A stretch of 64,000 nucleotides of DNA, taken from positions 13,351 through 77,350 of the IMG/VR virus record IMGVR_UViG_637000224_000001. One strand, 5' to 3'. The translations under genes were made by a program, and so were the position numbers. A model generated the notes under the pieces. It did not search any database. It saw only the letters and a program-made list of their open reading frames with translations, and was not told the origin of the DNA. Shown here one piece after another: positions 9,762 to 19,702 of the stretch (positions are counted from its first letter, which is position 1; each line of letters begins with the position of its first letter). Source of the stretch: a virus. Taxonomy: Duplodnaviria > Caudoviricetes.

Positions 9762-10172
9762 TTAGTTGGTATCGGCGCGGTACTGAAACGAGGCAGAGAC
9801 TGTCAGCGTACTGTCACCGGTGATCGGCGGCCCGGGCTCAACTGGCGTGAGCACAAGCACCTCTAACGCGTCTTGCTTGAGCCTGAGATAGGCCGGGAAC
9901 AGAGCGGCAATGTCATCGACAAGGCCTTCAACTTCGCCAGTCCCATTGCCTGCTGGGGTGACAACGTTGACCTGGAACACGCCGGTATAGACGCGGTGAT
10001 CGCCCGACAAGGTGTCGGTACCGGTCCCAGCCGGAAGCATGAATGCTGCCAGATACGTTTCGTCTGTCTCTGGTGTGAAGCTGACGCCCTGATAGGCGAT
10101 CCTCAGGTTGCGCCCACCTGCCCACGTCGTGAGTCTCTGCTCGAACAGTGAGCGGATTATTTTGTGGCTCAT
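9762..10172 (-). CDS. Tail terminator / completion protein (DUF4128-like)
   Basis: YTGVFQVNVVTPAGNGT; synteny. Confidence 0.8.
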   Translation of the reverse strand: MSHKIIRSLFEQRLTTWAGGRNLRIAYQGVSFTPETDETYLAAFMLPAGTGTDTLSGDHRVYTGVFQVNVVTPAGNGTGEVEGLVDDIAALFPAYLRLKQDALEVLVLTPVEPGPPITGDSTLTVSASFQYRADTN

Positions 10173-10825
10173 ACCTGATGATTCCTGATGGCAGCCTCAA
10201 CAATCTGCTGGAAGCGCGCCACGGTGATTCGAACCATACCGCCCGGTGCCTGGGTCGAATGCCCAAATTCCAGCGGGATGGCGTACGGCAGGCTGTTGGT
10301 GATGTAGGCGACGTCGCCGGCGTGGAATTCCAGCACACCGTTGACGATGCGCGCCGTGGACTTGCTGCCAGTCGGGTCGACCTCTTCTGTAGTCGTGCCA
10401 TCTGGCGCGCCAATCCCGAACATCCAGTTGCCACGGAACCGGCCACCGACGTAATCCTGGCCAGCTACGAGTCCGTTGACGTTGAAGTTCTGGACACGCT
10501 CGGTCTTGGTCAACGGCTTGGCGTATTTCACGCCTCGCTTCAGCTTGCCGGACTTCGTGAAGTTCGACTCTGTCAGGTTGATGACCGTATTGCGCAGGGA
10601 AACCTTGAAGTCGTATTCGTCGGCTGCGCGGGTGTTGGCATCACGAAACGCCAGGTTGGCCGCCCATATCTCAGGATTGCCCACTGGAGACATCCGGATG
10701 ACGCTGCTGCCGATCTCGATGATTATCTCGCGAAGGCTGACATCAACCGCTTCCTTCGCCTGCTCGGCAAATCTGGCGAGGTCGAGAGCGAAGCTACCGG
10801 ACTGACCAGCGCCTGCGCGGCTCAT
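10169..10825 (-). CDS. HK97 gp10-like neck protein
   Basis: SPVG...GRFRGNW...LPYAIPLEFGHSTQAPGGMV. Confidence 0.8.
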   Translation of the reverse strand: MSRAGAGQSGSFALDLARFAEQAKEAVDVSLREIIIEIGSSVIRMSPVGNPEIWAANLAFRDANTRAADEYDFKVSLRNTVINLTESNFTKSGKLKRGVKYAKPLTKTERVQNFNVNGLVAGQDYVGGRFRGNWMFGIGAPDGTTTEEVDPTGSKSTARIVNGVLEFHAGDVAYITNSLPYAIPLEFGHSTQAPGGMVRITVARFQQIVEAAIRNHQV

Positions 10826-11190
10826 GAGCGCACCTGCAGCTCGTAGAGCAGTGGCGTGCCTGCCGGGTTGATCTCTTTCAGCGGTGGAATGATCGACCAG
10901 GTGCGACCCTGGACCACCACCTTGCTGAGCAGAGTCGGTGGCTGCTCAAGACCCTTCGCGGCAATCTTCAGCTTCTTGTCGCCCACCTTGATCAGGGTAT
11001 TGGTCTGAAACTCCTGACCGGTGAAGTCGAGCAGGATGCCTTGAGCTATTTGCTCGGTGACAGTTTCTTGAGAGGTGGTGCCGGTGGTTGGGTTGTAGCC
11101 GCCTTTGACAGCGTCGCGAATTGTAACTGGCTGACCGAACTCGGTAATTAGCTCAAGAGCCACAACGGCCATTTCGTCATAGAATTCCAA
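10822..11190 (-). CDS. Head closure / head-tail joining protein
   Basis: Start re-called at TTG 11190 after GGAG; FYDEMA..., LIKVGDKKL, LLYELQVRS; synteny. Confidence 0.75.
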   Translation of the reverse strand: MEFYDEMAVVALELITEFGQPVTIRDAVKGGYNPTTGTTSQETVTEQIAQGILLDFTGQEFQTNTLIKVGDKKLKIAAKGLEQPPTLLSKVVVQGRTWSIIPPLKEINPAGTPLLYELQVRS

Positions 11191-11220
11191 ATCTATCTCC
11201 AACACCTTGCAGGACGCAAA

Positions 11221-11520
11221 ATGAATAACTCACAAAAGGCCGCGTACATTCTTCGGTCTTTAGATCAATACCTACTGCAGGCCGGGAGAGAGGCTTATTA
11301 TCATGAGGTTCTGCGCTTAGCCATCAGCGTGGCTCTTGAGCAGACTCCAGATGAGCGGCACATTGAGGACGCGCAGCTTAGATGCTGTCCTTTTGGCGGC
11401 CCTCCAAGCCCAGTGGACGCTGCGGCGACGCAGCATCTTGCTGCGATGATCGCGGCGTCCTCCACTTGGCCTGAACAGCTTTTCTATAACTTAGATATGG
11501 GGAGGCTGTTGGGTTATTGA
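11221..11520 (+). CDS. Hypothetical protein (antisense moron in neck cluster)
   Basis: 99 aa ORF filling the gap between two minus-strand neck genes. Confidence 0.6.
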   Translation: MNNSQKAAYILRSLDQYLLQAGREAYYHEVLRLAISVALEQTPDERHIEDAQLRCCPFGGPPSPVDAAATQHLAAMIAASSTWPEQLFYNLDMGRLLGY

Positions 11521-11521
11521 G

Positions 11522-12022
11522 CTATGCCCTTACCGCAAAGAGGCCGCGCCTCTGCAGATAGTCCGCGAACTGCGTAGCGCTGGGCCTGTCCGGGGCAGCA
11601 GGCAGCAGTCGCTTGCTCGTGTTGCTGATGGTCGCGTATTCACGCTCTACCGCGCCGTCGACCTTTTCCTTCGTGACCGCGCCCTTGCGCTTGTCGATAG
11701 GATCAATGTCGTCGGCATGAATCTCTGCGGCCAGAGCCATCTGACCGTACTGAATGCGTGCCGGAAGGTAACGCTCCGGCTTGTTCTCACCATCCAGGCG
11801 AATCTCCCGGCGAGGCCAGGACAGTGCCTGATCGCCGGTGGATTTGCGCCCCTTCCAGGTCATGCCGTCCATCACCAAGGCGGCCCGGCGCAAAACAGCC
11901 TCTTGCGCAGCCTCTTCAGCGGGAATGGCCACGCCGAATTTCCCGGCGTAAATGACCAGTTCAGCGGCAGTGGCGTAGCTTTCAGCACCCGGTACGCCGG
12001 TGCCGTCCTCGATGATGAGCAT
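11522..12022 (-). CDS. Head-tail adaptor (DnaT-like annotated family)
   Basis: MLIIEDGTGVPGAESYAT..., QALSWPR. Confidence 0.78.
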   Translation of the reverse strand: MLIIEDGTGVPGAESYATAAELVIYAGKFGVAIPAEEAAQEAVLRRAALVMDGMTWKGRKSTGDQALSWPRREIRLDGENKPERYLPARIQYGQMALAAEIHADDIDPIDKRKGAVTKEKVDGAVEREYATISNTSKRLLPAAPDRPSATQFADYLQRRGLFAVRA

Positions 12023-12025
12023 GAC

Positions 12026-12487
12026 TTATTCCTTGGTTTCGTTCAGGCGATCTGCTTCGGCCTTGGCCTGAGCTTCATCACCAGCAAAGTCGCTGAATCG
12101 TACACCGTCGCGGGTGATGATGATCCACTGGTTATCTGCTTCCAGCTTGGGGATGTAGACCGGTTCTTCCTTGGTGCCATCCTTCTGGGTTCCGTTGGAC
12201 TCAGGCTTGGTTGGGCCTTTACCCGGCTTTGCAGGAGTTTTGTCAGCGGCCTTGGCCTTGCCTTTCACCGGCGTCTTGCGTGTCTCGATCTCCACGTCAA
12301 TCTCGACCGCCTTGTAGGCATCGACGATTTCCGGGTAATCGCCAACCACGGTGACCTTGGTCACGCCGCGCTCGACGTTCCGGAACAGATCCGGGTTGCG
12401 ATAGCGCTTGCTGGGATCGAAGTCGCCGCGCTGGTTGCTGTAAACGAGTTCCATGATGTTCTCCCTGGCGGCCATTTCTGACCGCAC
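12026..12487 (-). CDS. Hypothetical virion-associated protein
   Basis: Directly downstream of capsid gene; Lys/Pro-rich linker. Confidence 0.7.
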   Translation of the reverse strand: MRSEMAARENIMELVYSNQRGDFDPSKRYRNPDLFRNVERGVTKVTVVGDYPEIVDAYKAVEIDVEIETRKTPVKGKAKAADKTPAKPGKGPTKPESNGTQKDGTKEEPVYIPKLEADNQWIIITRDGVRFSDFAGDEAQAKAEADRLNETKE

Positions 12488-12499
12488 CTGTCGGATGGC

Positions 12500-13450
12500 T
12501 TAGGCAGCCGGAGTGAGTTCGATCATCACGCCTGCAGTGACCTTGTCGCTGGCAGAGTGCTTGACCCAGTTGGCGGACGAGCCGACAGCGGCGAGCGATG
12601 GGTTCGCACCACCGGCAGTTTCCTTCCAGCTGTAACCCAGAACATCGATGTTCACGACGCCTTCAGCGCGGTAGCCGATGGCGAGGTTTTCCTCATCGTT
12701 GACTTCGTAAGAGCGGAAGCCAGGCGCCTGGGATTCGGTGATGGTCACTGCGCTTGGCAGCAGGCCGAAGATCACGTCAACCGGAGCGGTATCGGTAACC
12801 AGTACCGGCTTGCCCAGAGTGCCTGGCAGGCCGCCGTAGATCACGACACCCGCCTCTTCGTACAGCTTGTTGGTGATCGCTTCGTCGACGATGTCGAAGT
12901 AAGCCGAAGAGTGCATGACCCACAGCGCGATACGGCCGAATTTGTCACCGAACTTGCGCATGCCGCGAGTCAGCGTCTTCTTGCCGTCTGTCTCGATGCT
13001 GGCCTCAACGACCATTGCTGGGTTGGAACCAATCGACGCGCGCAGTGCGGCTGTGGCGTACTGGACGAAGCCTTCCAGCGTGGCATCGGCAACGTCCTGG
13101 CCGATGATCTGGGAGAACTCGTCTACCGGGCGACCGCGACGCTTGAACGCCTCTTCGGTCGTCTGGTAAGGGCCGTACTTCCACGGAGCCTTGACGCCGA
13201 CTGCCTCACCGGCGCCGATTTTCTTGGCGACGACTTTGGCTTCGGAGTTGACGTCACGATGATCCAGCGAACCTGCCAGCTTGTAGAAGGCACGCTTGCG
13301 GAAGTCGCCTTCGATCAGCTCGTTGTCGAGGATGATTGCGCCGTTGGAGGACGCGTTGAAGATGTCCAGGTTGTCCTGAACACGCTCCAGATATGCGGTC
13401 TGAGCCTCATCGTTGTAGATGATCAGATCGCTGTTCACAGTTGTTGCCAT
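12500..13450 (-). CDS. Major capsid protein
   Basis: 316 aa after scaffold; MATTVNSDLIIYND..., IDVLGYSW, KVTAGV. Confidence 0.88.
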   Translation of the reverse strand: MATTVNSDLIIYNDEAQTAYLERVQDNLDIFNASSNGAIILDNELIEGDFRKRAFYKLAGSLDHRDVNSEAKVVAKKIGAGEAVGVKAPWKYGPYQTTEEAFKRRGRPVDEFSQIIGQDVADATLEGFVQYATAALRASIGSNPAMVVEASIETDGKKTLTRGMRKFGDKFGRIALWVMHSSAYFDIVDEAITNKLYEEAGVVIYGGLPGTLGKPVLVTDTAPVDVIFGLLPSAVTITESQAPGFRSYEVNDEENLAIGYRAEGVVNIDVLGYSWKETAGGANPSLAAVGSSANWVKHSASDKVTAGVMIELTPAA

Positions 13451-13462
13451 GGGTGAATCCCC

Positions 13463-14191
13463 TTACTTGGGCAAATTGAGGTATGCGGTTTGGCCGTGCT
13501 TGCGCTGGTAGTCGCGCTTTTGCGTGGCTGTCATTTCGGAGCGCTTCAGTGCAGCCTGGCCGCCACCCCCGCCCGGGGCATTCGTACCCGAGGCCCTTGG
13601 CCACAGGTGAGGAGCGCTTTCGCGCAAGGATTCCGCCCATTCGAGCGGGGTCAGAGGGGTCTTGCCGTCCTTGCCAAGGATGGTCTGGCCAGACTCATCA
13701 ACGGCGACCGCTTCGCCCTCCTCGTTCAGTGAGAACACGCCTTTGGCGCGCAGGATGATGTCGTCAGTTGCTTCAGGCAGCGCGCCGGCTTTGAGAGCTG
13801 CGCCGCGCACCGAGTCGCCCAGGACCTTGCCCTGAAACTTGGCGGCGAATGTTTCAGCCTTCGTCGCGCGCTCGCTGATTGCCTTCAACTGCTTTTCATA
13901 GTCACCGCGCAGACGCTCGGTGCGCTTGTTAAAAACCTCATCCACCTTGCCCTCTGTAAGCAGCTTGGTTTCCTCGTCCTGACCGGCGCGGCTCAGCAGC
14001 CCTTTGACGGCGTCGATGTCGATGCCCTCAAACTGGGTTTCGAACTGGGTCAGCTTGGTGGAGGTGTCTTTCAACTTGCCCAGCAGCTCGGTATTTTTGG
14101 TTTTCAGACCCGAAACGGATGCTTCAACGGCAGTCGCGATAGCGGCCTTGATTGCCGGGTTTTCCAGGTCGATTTCGTTTTCTTCTGCCAC
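13463..14191 (-). CDS. Capsid scaffolding protein
   Basis: Coiled-coil, C-terminal KRSEMTATQKRDYQRKHGQTAYLNLPK. Confidence 0.8.
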   Translation of the reverse strand: MAEENEIDLENPAIKAAIATAVEASVSGLKTKNTELLGKLKDTSTKLTQFETQFEGIDIDAVKGLLSRAGQDEETKLLTEGKVDEVFNKRTERLRGDYEKQLKAISERATKAETFAAKFQGKVLGDSVRGAALKAGALPEATDDIILRAKGVFSLNEEGEAVAVDESGQTILGKDGKTPLTPLEWAESLRESAPHLWPRASGTNAPGGGGGQAALKRSEMTATQKRDYQRKHGQTAYLNLPK

Positions 14192-14232
14192 GGTGATGCG
14201 CCCCTCGGGTTTGTAGGCCTACTTTGCAGGCA

Positions 14233-14256
14233 TAAAAAAACCCGCTCTTGCGGGTT
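14233..14256 (-). terminator. Intrinsic terminator-like hairpin upstream of scaffold
   Basis: AAACCCGC-TCTT-GCGGGTTT with T-run on minus strand. Confidence 0.55.
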
Positions 14257-14274
14257 TGGAAAATATAGAAAGCC

Positions 14275-14751
14275 TCAACCATAACGCAGTCTTAACTGAT
14301 TAAAATTATCTTTCGAATATGTTTTTCCGCTCGAAACCATATCTAAATACCTCTCAACCTCTAACAAGGCTTTTCGATTTTGGCGGGAGGCTTCTTTAAA
14401 CGCTTCCACAAATACTTTTGAATTGACTACTCCAACCTCTCCGACAAGCCTAACTATTTGATATTCCGTCATATAAGAATGACGAGCCCGGTAGATACCA
14501 GGAGTTTTCCCCAGAACGAAAGCCGCACCGATAAATTTTCGAAAATCAATAATCCTGCTCAAGTTTCTCAGGCGAATCACCTCGTTGAGAAAGGTATTTC
14601 GAGCTTCTTTGTACACGGTGCGCCTGAAGGACCCGCGTGCTCCTCGCTCTGGTAATACACGCAAAATATCTTCTATAACTTTATAAATATGTGGATCTAC
14701 CGGGAACGCTAGCATCACAATTTCCGTATCGTAAGTTTGTCGGCAACCCAA
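14275..14751 (-). CDS. Hypothetical protein (AT-rich moron in head cluster)
   Basis: 158 aa ORF between minor capsid and scaffold, visibly AT-rich. Confidence 0.55.
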   Translation of the reverse strand: MGCRQTYDTEIVMLAFPVDPHIYKVIEDILRVLPERGARGSFRRTVYKEARNTFLNEVIRLRNLSRIIDFRKFIGAAFVLGKTPGIYRARHSYMTEYQIVRLVGEVGVVNSKVFVEAFKEASRQNRKALLEVERYLDMVSSGKTYSKDNFNQLRLRYG

Positions 14752-14776
14752 ATTTAGTTTTTAGCCTCCAAAGGTG

Positions 14777-15865
14777 TCAATCTAATTTGGCTCGTTCGAA
14801 TGCCAGCGGCTCAAGCCTTTTCATCTGCTCCAGCGTCAGCGGCTTGAAGTTACGGTCTAGCTGGAGCTCCGCGAAGCGCTCTAGTGTTAGCCCGCCATCG
14901 CGGAATAGCCTGCCACGAGTCGGGCCAAGCGCCTGATCCTGAAACGCCGAAGGTTGGAGCTTCAGCCAATCGTAATAGCTCAGATCGGCCGCCACCTGGC
15001 CTCCGCCGTTCGGCCCCACCGAGGCGCGGGTAGCATCCTTGCTGAGGAACTTGGTCCATTTGGTCACAGGCACGAAGGTCGTCCGGCACCTGATATGAAA
15101 CGGTGGTCGCGGCCCAGAATCGACTGGAAAGCGGCGCTTATCCATCGACCTACAGGTCTGGGTGGTCTTGCTATCGAGGGTCGCGACGATCTCAATCTCA
15201 GCGACAACATCAGGATTGGCCTTGATCGTCTCCATCCGGGCCTGCGATGCCACATGCTGCACAGCCGTGTGCACTACTGCACTGGCATTGCGCTTGGTCG
15301 TCGCCAGTATCCCGTCGCTGTACCCCGCAGCCTTGGTGCCGCGAATCTTGAGGATGACCTGAAAGTTCGTCTGCCCTTCAAAGAATCCTTGCCTGATTGC
15401 ACCACTGACGCGCTCGCGCTCGGTAGTTGCCCAATCCTTGATGAATGGCTCCAGCAGCTTGCCGCCGCCGTTGTCGCGCACGCTGAGCGGGTTGTTGAGC
15501 ACCGCCGAGCGGATCGCGCGTGCTGGCGGGACCAATGCATCAAAGGTAACACCGACAGGCGCGGACCGGGATAGCACCGTTGCTTCGAACTGAGCCTCGT
15601 AGTTGGCCAGGTCGATCAGATCAAGATTCAGCGTCGTGGTATAGCGGTCGAAGATGCCGAGCAGAAGGCTGTCGACCTCGTCGAGCAGCTGGTTCAGCCG
15701 CTTGATGTTGTACTCACTCAGGTCGGCATTGGTGAGCTGCTCGCGCACCGCCCGGTCGATCTCTTTGAGGAAAGGAGCGAATTTCTCGACCTCACCAGCC
15801 TTCAGTTGCTCCAGGAACACCGAGTGCCGAATCGTGGCATCAAGTACCGCTTGGTTGACGGCCAT
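14777..15865 (-). CDS. Minor capsid / head morphogenesis protein (SPP1 gp7/MuF family)
   Basis: ATLDSKTTQTCRSMD, PPFHIRCRT. Confidence 0.9.
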   Translation of the reverse strand: MAVNQAVLDATIRHSVFLEQLKAGEVEKFAPFLKEIDRAVREQLTNADLSEYNIKRLNQLLDEVDSLLLGIFDRYTTTLNLDLIDLANYEAQFEATVLSRSAPVGVTFDALVPPARAIRSAVLNNPLSVRDNGGGKLLEPFIKDWATTERERVSGAIRQGFFEGQTNFQVILKIRGTKAAGYSDGILATTKRNASAVVHTAVQHVASQARMETIKANPDVVAEIEIVATLDSKTTQTCRSMDKRRFPVDSGPRPPFHIRCRTTFVPVTKWTKFLSKDATRASVGPNGGGQVAADLSYYDWLKLQPSAFQDQALGPTRGRLFRDGGLTLERFAELQLDRNFKPLTLEQMKRLEPLAFERAKLD

Positions 15866-17261
15866 CGTTTAAGTCCTCGTCATCATCCAGGCCGAGGTTG
15901 TCGGTCTGTTCCTGAAGCTCTCCGTCTATCTGCTTGTCGGTTCGCTCCGGTGCGATCAGTCCCAACTTGCGCAGGTATCCGCGCAGATCGGCCTTAGCGA
16001 AGCCACCGCTCTGCCATAGCTGCACAAGCGCGGTGATCATCTGAGGGTCAGCACTGAGCTCGACGAACTCTTGATTCACCAGATAAGCCGTCTTGCCGGT
16101 GACTCCCAGGAACTGAGCGCACCAACCCAGCGCCCGGGTGTAGGCCTCGTTCACGTTGGATACGCAGATTGCGAGCACCGACGTGGACGCCGACTGGTCG
16201 CCTCTCGACTCGGTAGCTGTTTTGGCCGTTATGGACGACACAACCATGCGCGCGCCCAGCTCGATCATCATCTGGTTCTTGTCGGCCATCGCCTCTTTCA
16301 CCAGCGTATTGGGCTGGGGTTGAGCAAAGGCGAAGGTTTCGCCAGCCGGCACAGGGATCGGCGCCCGGGAGCCTACGTAAACGCCTTCTTTGCGGGCCAT
16401 CTCAAGCCATTGGTCATCCACGCCGCTGATCCAAGGCTGAGCCTGGCCACACCAGAACACGCTGTCTTCGTAGTCCGCGCTGTTCCGGTAATGCCCGAGG
16501 TTGATCATCGCGATGTCGTAAAGCGGCGACTCGTCAATGCTTGGGTCGTTGTTCTGGGCGCCGATGAACGTGAAAGGGATCTCCTTGATACGTCCGCCCT
16601 TCCCCTTTGGCATGTACTCCTCAACCACCTCAAGAGGGCCACCGCCGCGCGGGCCTTTACGACGCCAGACGCGACAGACGTACAGTCCAGCCTCGTCCAG
16701 GGCCAGCTCGCGAAACTGCTCCGTGCACTTCAGCCCAAACCCATCTGGCTCTTCGTTCATCTCACGCAGGACGACCATGATCAGGACGTTGTGGCCGTCC
16801 ACCATGCCGGTGCGCCAGTTGATGACGTCTTCAGCCGTGTAAGTGAGGATGACCGAATGCCCGCCGATACCGCTGTCTTCGTGAAAGTCCACGAAAAGAC
16901 CATGACGACCGGCCTCCAAGACCTTCTCAAGGGAGCCCTGCGACTGCTGATAGATGCTCACGCCTGCGCCGTTGGCATTGTCCTGCAGGTACTCAAGGTT
17001 CTTGGGAACCGTCAGCGTGGGGTCTTTGTGGAACGCCAAACCAATCAGCCCGTTTCGGGTGTGGCCGGTGGCGTTCTTGAACACCGCGCGCTCGCGGTAC
17101 GCATTGTTGCGCTCGACGTTCTCTTCTGACTTGTCGTGCCGGTTGATGTAAGGCAGGCGGTCAACAACACGGTGCTGGCCAGCACAGACGTCGCGCACAG
17201 TCAGCCAGCGATCCAACGCCTCGATGTATTCGGGCCGTTTGAAGGAAACGTCGTTGTTCAT
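15840..17261 (-). CDS. Portal protein (DUF4055-type)
   Basis: 473 aa directly after terminase; YRERAVFKNATG, IPFTFIGA, NLGHYRNSADYE. Confidence 0.88.
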   Translation of the reverse strand: MNNDVSFKRPEYIEALDRWLTVRDVCAGQHRVVDRLPYINRHDKSEENVERNNAYRERAVFKNATGHTRNGLIGLAFHKDPTLTVPKNLEYLQDNANGAGVSIYQQSQGSLEKVLEAGRHGLFVDFHEDSGIGGHSVILTYTAEDVINWRTGMVDGHNVLIMVVLREMNEEPDGFGLKCTEQFRELALDEAGLYVCRVWRRKGPRGGGPLEVVEEYMPKGKGGRIKEIPFTFIGAQNNDPSIDESPLYDIAMINLGHYRNSADYEDSVFWCGQAQPWISGVDDQWLEMARKEGVYVGSRAPIPVPAGETFAFAQPQPNTLVKEAMADKNQMMIELGARMVVSSITAKTATESRGDQSASTSVLAICVSNVNEAYTRALGWCAQFLGVTGKTAYLVNQEFVELSADPQMITALVQLWQSGGFAKADLRGYLRKLGLIAPERTDKQIDGELQEQTDNLGLDDDEDLNDGRQPSGT

Positions 17262-18559
17262 CGGGCGTATCCCAGGTTTAGAGAGGTGACCGGTTTTATG
17301 ATCGGGTACTCGCGATGGATGAAATAACCGCCGCCATCGTTCGCGTGGTCGTTGCCTTGTGATTTGTCGGGTTCGCCATTGGCCGCCCAGACCTGCTGCT
17401 CAAGGCCATCGGCATATGTCGGGCAGGTGAAAGGGTTGACCAGGTATCGGCGCTCGCCCTGCGCGTTGCAAAACATCGCGTTCATGGCGTTGATTCGATC
17501 CTTCACCGGAGGGTTGGCCGCAGGTGCGATCACTGTGAAACCGGCCTGTTTGAGCATGGCGATATCCGTGACGCTGGCATTGACTGACTTACGCGAGTCA
17601 CCGGAGGCGTCTGGGTAAACCCTGATTTCGCAGGACTTGATGTATTTATCGCCATCGTGGCGCCAGTAGCGTTCCTTGATGCGCCGGATCATGTCGGGCG
17701 TGTCGTAGCCGTCCATGAACTCGTCCACGGCTCGGGGAAGGCCCTTGTCACGCTTCACATGCGTGATCGCTGCCATCTTGCCGACGTTGAAGTCCATGCC
17801 GATGAACAGAGGCTCACCGGCCTGCACCGTGTCGAAACACTGGTTCAGCTTGCGGTCATACGCGTGGTAGATCGACCCAGACGTCAGGTTGACGAATTGG
17901 CCGTTCAGGTACGCCCTGATCAATTGCTCGGGGTATGACTCCATCAGCGACGGGATGTAGTCGTCCGGCAGGTTCAGCTCGTTGTCGAAGGTGCTGGCCT
18001 GGATGAGCCCATACATCTCTTTGAGCGCCGGCTTGTCACGCAGCTGCTTCACGAACTGCAGGAAGACGAACTTGAAGCCTTCCGGTGTCGTGGTGACGTC
18101 CACGCCGTTCTTCAGCCCGGGCAGGTTGTAACGCATTCGCGCGATGATCTTGCGCCAGGCCTGCTGCGCCTTGATTGAGGTCAGAACGTCCAGCTCATCG
18201 ACGAGGGCGTGTCCGACCTTGAAGCCGACAATGGTCTGTGGCTTCTCCATCGAGCGACAGATCACGGTGCCGCGATACTGTCGACCGCTGTAGATGTGAA
18301 CCTCATGGTTCGCCTGATTGATCTTTGTCTTCAGGCCCCACTCGTAGGCCACCTCTTCCATCGTTGGATAAAAGATGTCCCTGATCTGCGGGTAAGTCGG
18401 TGCAAAGTAACCAGCGTTGACGCCAGGCCACTCCATGAAGTGCTTGCTCAGCGCCGAGCAGCCGACCCACGTCTTACCGGAGCCGAACCCGGCAACGAAT
18501 GCACGAAACTTGTGGGGCAGCAGCAGGAACTTCGATTGCGGAACGTTAAGGCTCGGCAT
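17258..18559 (-). CDS. Terminase large subunit
   Basis: Walker A GFGSGKT, Walker B LVDE, TTTPEG, nuclease DFN and DHANDG. Confidence 0.95.
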   Translation of the reverse strand: MPSLNVPQSKFLLLPHKFRAFVAGFGSGKTWVGCSALSKHFMEWPGVNAGYFAPTYPQIRDIFYPTMEEVAYEWGLKTKINQANHEVHIYSGRQYRGTVICRSMEKPQTIVGFKVGHALVDELDVLTSIKAQQAWRKIIARMRYNLPGLKNGVDVTTTPEGFKFVFLQFVKQLRDKPALKEMYGLIQASTFDNELNLPDDYIPSLMESYPEQLIRAYLNGQFVNLTSGSIYHAYDRKLNQCFDTVQAGEPLFIGMDFNVGKMAAITHVKRDKGLPRAVDEFMDGYDTPDMIRRIKERYWRHDGDKYIKSCEIRVYPDASGDSRKSVNASVTDIAMLKQAGFTVIAPAANPPVKDRINAMNAMFCNAQGERRYLVNPFTCPTYADGLEQQVWAANGEPDKSQGNDHANDGGGYFIHREYPIIKPVTSLNLGYAR

Positions 18560-19007
18560 CAGGCTTCCTCGCGTCCACTACATCGACCTGGATGCGAGTC
18601 GGAATTGCTGGCTCGTCTCCCGCCTCATCCTTGCGGTGGCGGTTGACGTACATATCGCCTGATTCTTTGGCAGCCTGTTCCAGCACCTGAAGGGCCAGCG
18701 CCAGGTTGCGCATGCCCTCTGCCTTCTCAACGATCCTGCCGAGGGCACGCAGACGATAGGCCCGGTTGGCGATCGGAATCTCTGCCGTGTCTTCTCGGAA
18801 ACGCTTGCGTGTGTCGTGAAACAGTGTCACCCATCTGGCCGCAAGGGTTGCCCCAGCACGTTTGGTTGGGTCGTGCGACTCACACTGTTGGCGGGATATC
18901 TCAATGCTGAATTCTTGCTTGACCTGCTCTACGACTTGCGAGGGAGTGTCGAAGCAAGCCAACGCCTGAACGATGAAGCTCTTCACCTCATGCTTCAGGG
19001 CTGCCAT
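18546..19007 (-). CDS. Terminase small subunit (DUF2280-type)
   Basis: FIVQALACFDTPSQV, YDPTK-like HDPTK, IPIANRAYRL. Confidence 0.85.
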   Translation of the reverse strand: MAALKHEVKSFIVQALACFDTPSQVVEQVKQEFSIEISRQQCESHDPTKRAGATLAARWVTLFHDTRKRFREDTAEIPIANRAYRLRALGRIVEKAEGMRNLALALQVLEQAAKESGDMYVNRHRKDEAGDEPAIPTRIQVDVVDARKPDAEP

Positions 19008-19038
19008 AGGTTGGATTCCGTCTAATGCCTGTCAAATT

Positions 19039-19662
19039 TCAGGCCGACTTGAGCAGACAGGTTCCGCAGGCCCTCGATATATTCAATTTACCTACCTCAG
19101 CAGGCTTGTTTGCAGCGTCGACCAGCAGCTGGACGTCTGGGCTTGCCCCATAGCGACGCACCACACCAACGAACTCCTCGACGTCGTGGCCGCGCATCTC
19201 AAGCTTCGGTAATCCGTCTTGCGTGAACTTGGGTGCGCCGTACTGATCGGTTGCCTGGGCGATGTGGTAGAGCTCATGCTCAACCAGTGCGCAGAAGTCT
19301 GCATCGCTGCACTGTGAGCAGTAATCGGCGGCCAAGGTGATGATGTAGCTCGGTACGTAGCCGAACCAGTCACGCATCTGCTGTTCCATGCGGGCCTTCT
19401 GCCAACCGCCTGCGCGGAAGGCGACGTGCTCAGCCTGCCCCAGCACTGTGCGACCCTGTTTTGTGAATGCAGATGAGGCCCACATGATGCAGATGTCGGC
19501 ATCGATCAGATGGGCGTGGTCTTCATTGTGAATGCTGCCGGTGTCGGCAATGATCTCGTTTTGAATCCATCCCCATACCTCCTTGGCTGGCACCAGGCGC
19601 ATGAAGACGTCTGCCTCGTCAGACAGCTTGAGCGACTCAACTGGGGGCGCTGGCCTGTTCAT
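19039..19662 (-). CDS. Putative phage metallopeptidase
   Basis: HELYH (HExxH) and HDVEEF motifs. Confidence 0.82.
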   Translation of the reverse strand: MNRPAPPVESLKLSDEADVFMRLVPAKEVWGWIQNEIIADTGSIHNEDHAHLIDADICIMWASSAFTKQGRTVLGQAEHVAFRAGGWQKARMEQQMRDWFGYVPSYIITLAADYCSQCSDADFCALVEHELYHIAQATDQYGAPKFTQDGLPKLEMRGHDVEEFVGVVRRYGASPDVQLLVDAANKPAEVGKLNISRACGTCLLKSA

Positions 19663-19702
19663 GCTGCCTCCCAGTAGAGTTGCTTAATCATTGACTAACC
19701 TG

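Noticed and set aside
12557-13456. Long opposite-strand ORFs (also 16071-17129, 41502-42557, 55128-56231, 35383-36225)
   Set aside because: Shadow frames of well-supported GC-rich genes; no motifs or RBS
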